From the NCBI GenBank assembly GCA_965208805.1, contig OZ242355.1, forward strand, positions 3,194,906 to 3,258,905: a stretch of DNA of 64,000 nt, given 5' to 3'. Origin of the DNA: Acidimicrobiales bacterium. Its GTDB lineage: Bacteria > Actinomycetota > Acidimicrobiia > Acidimicrobiales > Bin134. This document shows positions 46,778 through 54,027 of the stretch, in pieces; the stretch's first letter is position 1; every line of letters starts with the position of its first letter. A model generated the notes under the pieces. It was not told where the DNA came from. It saw only the letters and a program-made list of their open reading frames with translations, and made no database searches. The translations under genes were made by a program, and so were the position numbers.

Positions 46778-47210
46778 GGAGCTTTAGCCGAAGAGAATGT
46801 GCCCGCTGGGCCTCCTGACACGCCTCACAGGGCACCTCGCCCCGATAACGATGCGCCCGATAGCCCCGAAACTCGCCACATCGCTCATCGGGCGACGGCG
46901 GCAGCCGTCCCCACCTATCGCCGTGCTCAGCCCGCAACCTCGCCACCCGCGCCCAATGCCGGCGAGTCACATCCTTGCTATGGGCTGCCAAGCAATCCCC
47001 ACACGCCGCCTCACCCCGGCGAATGTGCGCCTTGTACCCCGCCTCCGTGCCGCACAACGCCTCCTGCCGCGGCAACACACCCGAAGCCCGAAGCCTCGCT
47101 CGTCCCTTTGCCGCCCACGCCGCCAAACACAACTCACACGCAGGCTCTCCCCGATACCGATGCCGCTGATACCCCGCTGGCGTCCCACACGGCTGAACCT
47201 CACGAACCAT
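46778..47210 (-). CDS. hypothetical protein with 3x CGxxGYxxHxxRGExxCxxC motif; 3' end reads into IS110
   Basis: From ATG 47210: MVREVQPCGTPAGYQRHRYRGEPACELC, LCGTEAGYKAHIRRGEAACGDC, RCGEFRGYRAHRYRGEVPCEAC. The track ORF (46494..47297) continues antisense into the transposase, so the native C-terminus is unclear. Confidence 0.45.
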
Positions 47211-47491
47211 CAGCGTCCCTGTCCTTGATCCAACGGCTTGCCGGCCACAACTAACTCCAGCGCGACGCAAACTCTGTGGGAGACAACAAGTCAACAAACT
47301 GGACCGAATGCAATCTCAGTCCAGAGGACTGGCCTATACCCACTCCAATCGCATTTTCATTCGCTGAAACGATCTCCCCACAAGACCTTCACCACTTCCT
47401 TCCACGCCAACCTCTTTGCCCTTTTTCTCCAAATCTGCTCCCAACCTCCAGAACAGAGCAATAACGCACGAGATATCACCCTTGACGGCCT

Positions 47492-47866
47492 TTAGCCAGC
47501 CCTACGTACCCGTCGCCAAAACCCGGCGAATCGCCCATCGGCCGCCCGGTCCTCATCACCCAGCATATCCTTCAACTGCTCCTTCCAAGCCAAGTCCCGA
47601 TCCCGATCACGCAACACCTGCTCCCAACCACCTACCCGAAACGCCAACACCGCCCCGGCCATGAAGGCAGCCTGGCTCGCAACAAGGGCAAAGACGGCTA
47701 TACCAACACCCAATAGGAACCATGCCAAAGCGAAGTCTCCGTACGTTACGACCCCGACCGCTACAGGCACTACCACCACGACCCAGAACAGGCCAAACAG
47801 GTGTCGGATCCAGTTGCGTCTGCGGTCTGTCAGTTTTTTTGTGTAACCGGCCGTGATGGTTTTCAT
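47492..47866 (-). CDS. membrane-protein fragment; first 14 codons supplied by the IS256 end (possible C-terminal piece of the disrupted surface protein)
   Basis: ATG 47866-64 overlaps the IS256 transposase stop (ATGA). Codons 1-14 lie inside the IS (>=47824). The rest encodes TM-like LFGLFWVVVVVPVAVGVVTYGDFALAWFLLGVGIAVFALVASQAAFMAGAVLAF. Confidence 0.4.
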   Translation of the reverse strand: MKTITAGYTKKLTDRRRNWIRHLFGLFWVVVVVPVAVGVVTYGDFALAWFLLGVGIAVFALVASQAAFMAGAVLAFRVGGWEQVLRDRDRDLAWKEQLKDMLGDEDRAADGRFAGFWRRVRRAG

Positions 47867-49228
47867 TTGATGTGGTCGGCGATCCTGTCGCCGTAGTGGA
47901 CGGTCAGTGTGTTCAGTATGGTCTTCCAGCCGTTGGTCTTGCCGGTGAGGTTGCTCCGGTTCTTGTGCTTGGCGGTTGCGACAAGGTAGAGGATCTTCAT
48001 GGCGGCCTGCTCGTTGGGGAAGTGGCCTCGGTGGCGCACGGCTCGTCGGAATCTGGCGTTGAGGCTCTCGACGGCGTTGGTGGTGTAGACCACCCGGCGC
48101 AGCTCGGCGGGGAACTCCAAAAACGGTGTGAACTCGTTCCAGGACTGCCGCCAGGAGCGGATCATGGCCGGGTAGGTGTCCTCCCAGTCTTGGGCGAACG
48201 CCTCGAAGAGCGTCTCGGCGGCCTCTGTTGTGGGGGCGGTGCAGATCTCCCGCATGGACTTGGTTATGGGCCCCCAGTGCGTCTTGGAGGCGTAGCGCAG
48301 GCTGTTGCGGACCATGTGCACCACGCAGGTCTGCACCACAGCCTCGGGCCAGGTCACGCGGATCGACTCGGGCAGGCCCCGCAGCCCGTCGCAGCACACG
48401 ATCAAAGCGTCGGCCAGGCCCCGGTTCCGGAGCTCGCCCAGCATGGCCGCCCACTGCTTGGCGCCCTCGCCGCCCGTTGGTCCCAGCCACAGGCCCAAAA
48501 CATCGCGCTCTCCGGCCAGATCCACGCCTATGGCCACGTAAACGGGCCGGTTGGCGACCTGCGAGTCGCGGACCTTGACGGTGATCGCGTCGATCAAAAG
48601 CACCGCATAGACCGGCTCTAGGGGCCGGTTCTGCCACACGGCCATGTCGGCCACGATCTCGTCGGTGATCTTCGAGATCGTCTCCCGGCTCACCGACGTG
48701 TCGTAGATCTCTTCCAGGTGCGCCTGGATCTCCCCGGTGGTCAGCCCCTTCGCATACAGCGAGATCACGTTGCCCGACAGCCCGTCCAAGCGGCGCTGGT
48801 GCTTGGGAACCGTGACGGGCTCGAACGTGCCCGCCCGGTCGCGCGGCACCCGCAGATCGACCTCGCCGATCTCGGTGGTGACCCGCTTGGGCGACGAGCC
48901 GTTGCGCGAGTTCCCCGACCCGCGGCCCTCCGGAGCGTGGCGCTCATAGCCCAGGTGGTCGGCCATCTCGACCTCCAACCCGGTCTGCAGCACCTGGCGC
49001 ACCAGCCCCGTCAACAGGCCGCCGTCGCCGGTCAGCTCCACCCCCTCAGAGCGGGCGCGCTCCACCAGAAGCTCGGCCCAGTCCTGCATCGCCGCCTCAC
49101 CGGCGACCTCGTTGCTCGCCGGCGCAGCCGGCACATTCTGATCAGTCACAGACATGATCCTCCCCGGCCCGCAACACCAAACCGCGGACCCTCAGATCAC
49201 GCCCGATACACAAAATTCCTGACAGACC
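47824..49228 (-). mobile_element. IS256-family insertion sequence, 1405 bp
   Basis: Terminal inverted repeats GGTCTGTCAGTTTTTTTGTGT (47824-44) and the reverse complement of 49208-28, GGTCTGTCAGGAATTTTGTGT (18/21 identical). Single transposase gene. No target-site duplication seen (flanks gcgtctgc vs cctcggtc). Confidence 0.85.
47863..49155 (-). CDS. IS256 (mutator) family transposase
   Basis: 430 aa. CCDGLRGLPESIRVTWPEAVVQTCVVHMVRNSLRY and NAVESLNARFRRAVRHRGHFPNEQAAMKILYL are family signatures. Confidence 0.9.
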   Translation of the reverse strand: MSVTDQNVPAAPASNEVAGEAAMQDWAELLVERARSEGVELTGDGGLLTGLVRQVLQTGLEVEMADHLGYERHAPEGRGSGNSRNGSSPKRVTTEIGEVDLRVPRDRAGTFEPVTVPKHQRRLDGLSGNVISLYAKGLTTGEIQAHLEEIYDTSVSRETISKITDEIVADMAVWQNRPLEPVYAVLLIDAITVKVRDSQVANRPVYVAIGVDLAGERDVLGLWLGPTGGEGAKQWAAMLGELRNRGLADALIVCCDGLRGLPESIRVTWPEAVVQTCVVHMVRNSLRYASKTHWGPITKSMREICTAPTTEAAETLFEAFAQDWEDTYPAMIRSWRQSWNEFTPFLEFPAELRRVVYTTNAVESLNARFRRAVRHRGHFPNEQAAMKILYLVATAKHKNRSNLTGKTNGWKTILNTLTVHYGDRIADHIK

Positions 49229-50559
49229 CCTCGGTCCAGAAGTTGTCGTCGAGGTCTGGCAGTGGGGAGTGCCAGGCCAGGTCAGGGGCGTTGGGGTCAT
49301 CGGGGCCGGGGCAGGTGCCGGCGGTGGTCTTGCAGTGCCGGTGGGGCGTGGTGGTCGGATCGCCATCTGCGTCCATGTGCAAATGACTCGTGAGACTGTG
49401 GTCAATTTGGGCAGGATGGCTCAGCTTCTTGGCGGTGGCCTCGTCAAGGCGAACGGCCAGCGGCTCGGTCCAGTGGAAGGTACAGGTGCGGGTCCAGCCG
49501 TCGTCGTCATCGTTACGCCTGGTCTCCGTACAGTTGTCACGGCCCAGAGTCTGATCTTTGGTGTCGTCTGGCATGTATCGCAGCACTTGAGGGGCGATCC
49601 ACTGCCGGCCGGGATTGAGGTTCACCCAAGACCCGTTCGGGCTGGCCCAATGGGGGCTGACGTTCAATGCGCGGTTTGCGGTGAGCAAGACGGGGGCAAG
49701 CGGGTCGCATGTGACGGTTTCGGCGGCTGTCCAGCCGGACCATTTCTGGCCGGTTCGGGCGCGGGCTCTGATCCTGATTTTGTAGGTCTCGCCCTCCCAT
49801 CGTTGGGCGTAGACCTCGGTGCCGGGCCCCTCGTAGTTGATGCTCTCCTCGCCCGGCGCGGTGTTCTTCAGGTCGTAGCGGTCGGCGCCGTTGACCGGGT
49901 TCCATTTCAGGTGTACTACGCCGTGGCTGTTGCACGACGCCGTGGTGAAGCCCGTGGGCTTGAACACCGCGCACTTGCTCGCGGTCACCGGCAAGGTCCA
50001 AGCCGACTCGCGGTCCTCGCCCGATGCGACGCCCGCCGGGGAAGGCGCGACGCGCACCCGCACCCGGTGGGCCTTGTTTGAGTGGGCCCCATCCCACGAG
50101 TAGGAATAGGACTCCGCCCTGCCAGGCAGCGACCGATAATTGACTGAGCCGACGACTGCGCCATCCACCTCCACATCGAACTGGAGGCCCAGCGGCACCA
50201 GGGGCCCCTGGTGTTTCCACGACACCGACAGCACGCCGCCGGCTGAGCACGCCGCCGACATGTTGGCGGGCGCAGTCAGCGGCGAGCACACCGCCACAGC
50301 GGAGGCGACCCAGCCGGACTGCTTGTCGCCGGGATAGCGGGCCTGCACCTGCACAGAGTATTCCCCGGCCTCGCCAACCCGCTGGGTGGCGCCGGACACC
50401 GCGGACAGGGTCCCGTAGCCAATGAAGTCCATACCGTTGAGCCACCGCCAGTAGGCCCTCGCTCCAGCTGGCAGGGTCCACGACGCCGACAGCGCGAAAC
50501 CGCCAGCTGCTTGCGTACACTCCAAGCCCACCCCAGAAGGCTCCTCAATCACCGGTGTC

Positions 50560-50705
50560 GGCGTCGGCTTGGGCTTGGGCTTGGGCTTGGCGGTGGCAGT
50601 CGGTTTGGGCGCGGCAGTCGGCGTCGGCGTCGGCTTGGGCTTGGGCTTGGGCTTGGCGGTGGCAGTCGGTTTGGGCGCGGCAGTCGACGTCGGCTTGGGC
50701 ACGGG
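50560..50705. repeat. 60/66-bp tandem repeat encoding a P/K/T/A linker
   Basis: Copies at 50560-50619 and 50620-50685 (the second has an extra ggcgtc), then a partial copy. Encodes TAAPKPTATAKPKPKPKPTPTP twice. Confidence 0.9.
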
Positions 50706-50913
50706 CACGCAGTCGCTGTGGCCCTGCAACTCGGTGCCCGGCCCGCACTCCCCCTCATGAGACTTGGCGCGCTCATGGCACGCCGACCCGTTGTGCGTGT
50801 GCGTAGTTCCCTTACAACTCGCCGGATCGGGCCAGCACGCCCCCGTGGAGGGGTCGAACCGGTCCGCCGGGCACGGCGTCGGGTGTGTGTGGGTTACGGG
50901 GCGGTCCTGCCAC

Positions 50914-51046
50914 TCGTAGTTGAATACGTCCTCGGTCAGCGTCTCATAGTTGAACACCGACCGCTTGCGCGTCTCGTAGTTGAACACGTCCTCGGTCAGC
51001 GTCTCATCGTTGAACACCGACCGCTTGCGCGTCTCGTAGTTGAACG
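50914..51046. repeat. 60-bp tandem repeat (2.2 copies) encoding the EDVFNYETRKRSVFN(Y/D)ETLT unit
   Basis: Copies 50914-73 and 50974-51033 differ at 2 positions. Partial third copy. Confidence 0.9.
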
Positions 51047-51300
51047 ACGGCCTGTTCTCGTAGTTGAACACGTCTTTGTACCCATACACCGGGCGCTCCT
51101 CGTAGTTGAACACGTCCTCGGTCACGGTATAGGGCTTGGGACAGTGCCTGTACGGCCCCCACGGGGTCTGATGCACCACACACGGCGGGGTCACCGTCCG
51201 AGTCCGCGTGAACGGCGCCACCCGCACCCGCTTCACATGCGGGTACACCACCGTGCGGATGGTGAACGGGGCGACGCGAACCCGCACCGTGAACGGCGCG

Positions 51301-51443
51301 ACGCGAACCCGATACTCCTCCAGATACGGCGCCACCCGCACCTTCACCTCCCGAGTGAACGGCGCGACGCGAACCCGTTACTCCTCCAGATACGGCGCCA
51401 CCCGCACCTTCACCTCCCGAGTGAACGGCGCGACGCGAACCCG
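51301..51443. repeat. 66-bp tandem repeat (2.2 copies) encoding YRVRVAPFTREVKVRVAPYLEE; one copy carries the nonsense change
   Basis: Copies 51301-66 and 51367-432 are identical except A51312 vs T51378 (minus-strand TAT Tyr vs TAA stop). Confidence 0.9.
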
Positions 51444-51794
51444 CACCCGCTCGGTCTGCTCATGGGCCGACACCGACGGCCCCACACCCGAAGAAACAAC
51501 CAGCGCCAACCCCACAGCAAACACCGCAAGACTGACGGCCACAACAACAACTCGACGCGTCACGAACGACACGATTAGCTGGAGCAGCGACCGCCCCGAC
51601 AACCCTCAAAGCCCCACCCAATGTGCGAAACCGATGCAGCCTCGCCCATTTCATGCAAGAAACCACCCCATGTTTAGGTTAAAAAATATGTCATATACCT
51701 TGATATGCCAGAAATAATTGGGACAAGAAAGATATGTTACTTGCTCACCTATCGCCTATCTCAGCCACATGTGTGTCCCGGACTCGAATCGCCC

Positions 51795-52631
51795 CTAGCG
51801 AACTGACGAAGCCAACAAGCTGAGCACCAGCAGGGCCGCCAGCACCCGATAAACCGCGAACGGGCCCAAGCTGCGGGTGCGCACCAGAGCTAAAAGGCCC
51901 TTGACTGCTACGAACCCGGTGACGGCGGCCGCCGCCGTGCCCCCTGCGAAAGCGGCCCGGGCATCGGTGGGTATGCCTCCCCAACCGCCGATGTCGATGA
52001 ACTGATAGACGCCGGCCCCCGCGATCACCGGCACGCTCATCAGCATGGCCAACCGGGTGGCGGCCTCGCGATCCAAGCTGAGCAGACGCCCGGCAGTGAT
52101 GATCACCCCCGAGCGCGACACGCCCGGCTGGAGAGAGCAGGCCTGGGCCAAACCCAGCAGCACAGCGTCGCGCACCCCGACGTCATCGGTGGACCGCCGG
52201 CCCTGACGGCGATCGGCCCACCACAGCAGAACGCCGAACACCGCCAGCATCACCGCGGTGAGCCACACCTCGTCGTCGGCCTCGTCGATCACCGACCGGA
52301 GACCCACCCCCACCGCCGCCGCGGGCACGGTGGCCAAAACCAACAGCCAGCCCAGCCGACCCTCGGCGGTCATCGGGGCTCGGCGCCTGACCACCGCACC
52401 AATCCCGTCTCGCACCAGCGCCCACACCTCTTTGCGCAAACAGCCCACCAACCCCACCAATGTGCCCAAGTGGAGGGCCACGTCGAATGCCCTTTCGAGG
52501 TCGTCGTTGCCCTCGAAGTCGTTCCAATCGGCCAGCCAGGGAATGATCTGGAGGTGCCCGCTGGACGACACCGGTAGGAACTCGGTCAGCCCTTGGGCAA
52601 TGCCCAGCAGAATGGCGTGTAAGACCGACAT
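51795..52631 (-). CDS. uppP: undecaprenyl-diphosphate phosphatase
   Basis: MSVLHAILLGIAQGLTEFLPVSSSGHL and PGVSRSG motifs. Confidence 0.85.
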   Translation of the reverse strand: MSVLHAILLGIAQGLTEFLPVSSSGHLQIIPWLADWNDFEGNDDLERAFDVALHLGTLVGLVGCLRKEVWALVRDGIGAVVRRRAPMTAEGRLGWLLVLATVPAAAVGVGLRSVIDEADDEVWLTAVMLAVFGVLLWWADRRQGRRSTDDVGVRDAVLLGLAQACSLQPGVSRSGVIITAGRLLSLDREAATRLAMLMSVPVIAGAGVYQFIDIGGWGGIPTDARAAFAGGTAAAAVTGFVAVKGLLALVRTRSLGPFAVYRVLAALLVLSLLASSVR

Positions 52632-52655
52632 GGCCTCGTGGCCTGGGGCTAGCCC

Positions 52656-54002
52656 TTAGGCACCGGACATGGTGACTTCGGCCACCACCAGCGACACGCC
52701 CGCCGAGCTCATTGGCAGCCACGTCAGGTCGGACCCCACCGCGGCCACATCCAACAGCATCCGCTGGAGGGTGGAGGCAATGGTGATCTCCCTCACCGGC
52801 TCGGCCAGCTCGCCGTTGCGAATGCGCAGCCCTTCAGCGCCGGTGGAGAAGTCGCCGCTTACCGGGTTTACCCCGGAGTGCAGGCCCGACACCCCCTGCA
52901 CCAGCACCCCATTGTCGATGCCGGCGATGAGCTCCGCAGGTGTGCGGTCGCCGGGAACCAGCGACAACGCCTGGCAGCCCACGCCGGGCGTGCTGGCGTA
53001 TCCCCGCACCGCCGAGCCAGTGGATGCCGACCCCGAGCGCCGTCCGGTGTAGCTGTTGTGCAAGAACCGCTCGAGCTGGCCGCCGCCTATCAGCTGGTTG
53101 CGCCGGGTGGCCAGGCCCTCGCCGTCGGCATCGGAGGCGGTGAACGCCTCCGGGTTGGTGGGGTCGTCCACCAGGGTGACGATGGCTGCGGCCACCTGGT
53201 CGCCCAGTCGGTCGGCAAACAGCGACCGGCCCTTGAGCACCGCTTCGCCCGACAGGGTGCCGCCGATGATGCCCAGAAACTGGGCGGTCACGAACGGGTC
53301 CAGCACCACGGTGACCCGCTCGGAGGGCGGTTGGGCGGCGCCCAGCATCCGAGTGGCCCGCTCCACCGCGTCGCTCGCCGCCTCCGCCACGTCCAGGGTG
53401 CCGGGCTCTCGGCCCACCGAGAATCCGAATCCTGTTTGGGTTTCGTCGCCTTCAGAGGCCAGCGAGTACGCGGTGACGTAGCACGAGGTGTCCCGTCCCG
53501 TGCTGCGGATGCCGGTGGTGGTGGCAATGGCATCGGCGCTCAAGGCGTCGCCGTAGTCGGCCGACTCCACTCCCACGATGCGGGGATCGCCGGCCAGCAC
53601 GGCCCGTTCCAGCTCCAGGGCCAGGTCTATCTTGGCCTCGGTGCCGAAGCCCAGTAGGGCCTCGCTGTAGAGGTCGAGATCGGGGGGGTCCACTCCGTCG
53701 GGTTCGGCCAGGCCGAAGAACTCGTCGGGGGAGCCGAACACGGCGTTGTCGCGGGCCTCGGCCAGGGTCTCCTCCAAAACCGTCGGGTCGAGGGTGCCGG
53801 CGTGGGCGAATCCCTGGCGGTTGTCGGCGATCACCCGGATGCCCACCCCTTGCGACTCGGCCACCGACAGCGACTCGATCTCACCCTCGTAGACCCGCAC
53901 GTCGGTCTCCTGGCTGTGACCGACCACTACCTCGATCTGCTCCCCGTCGCGGCCCCAGCCCACGATGCGCTCAGCGATCTCCAACAACTCCTCAGGGTTC
54001 AC
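52656..54002 (-). CDS. pmbA: TldD/PmbA family metalloprotease (PmbA-type)
   Basis: GTG 54002 (VNPEELLEIAERIV). C-terminal GVNPVSGDFSTGAEGLRIRNGELAEPV. The track start 54146 is over-extended into the neighbouring gene. Confidence 0.8.
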   Translation of the reverse strand: MNPEELLEIAERIVGWGRDGEQIEVVVGHSQETDVRVYEGEIESLSVAESQGVGIRVIADNRQGFAHAGTLDPTVLEETLAEARDNAVFGSPDEFFGLAEPDGVDPPDLDLYSEALLGFGTEAKIDLALELERAVLAGDPRIVGVESADYGDALSADAIATTTGIRSTGRDTSCYVTAYSLASEGDETQTGFGFSVGREPGTLDVAEAASDAVERATRMLGAAQPPSERVTVVLDPFVTAQFLGIIGGTLSGEAVLKGRSLFADRLGDQVAAAIVTLVDDPTNPEAFTASDADGEGLATRRNQLIGGGQLERFLHNSYTGRRSGSASTGSAVRGYASTPGVGCQALSLVPGDRTPAELIAGIDNGVLVQGVSGLHSGVNPVSGDFSTGAEGLRIRNGELAEPVREITIASTLQRMLLDVAAVGSDLTWLPMSSAGVSLVVAEVTMSGA

Positions 54003-54027
54003 CCCCCACTCCCATCCGCAACCTGTC

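Larger units (their letters stand above)
49229..51602 (-). pseudogene. repeat-rich secreted FN3-like surface protein gene, disrupted (in-frame TAA 51378-80 and IS256 at the 3' end)
   Basis: Track ORFs 51378..51602 (signal/TM peptide) and 49197..51347 share one frame, separated by a single TAA. The last 10 codons of the 716-aa ORF lie in the IS256 inverted repeat. Contains RVRVAPFT, EDVFNYE and KPKPKPTPTP repeats plus three Cys-bracketed FN3-like modules. Confidence 0.65.

Noticed and set aside
47867-48637. Upstream part of track ORF 47492..48637(-), overlapping the IS256 transposase in another frame.
   Set aside because: It is an out-of-frame overlap with a well-supported transposase gene, and the product is Arg/Gly/Pro-rich. 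Only the portion from ATG 47866 downward is considered further.
50545-50806. Several short track ORFs on both strands over the PT-rich linker (50545..50748, 50549..50776, 50555..50806, 50569..50760).
   Set aside because: They are artefacts of the 60/66-bp tandem repeat being open in many frames. The minus-strand frame continuous with the FN3 protein is the coherent one.
51603-51794. AT-rich segment with the palindrome ATATGTCATAT, considered as an origin-like or regulatory element.
   Set aside because: It is probably just the promoter region of the foreign-looking surface-protein gene. A single short palindrome is weak evidence, so it is mentioned only within the gene-architecture finding.
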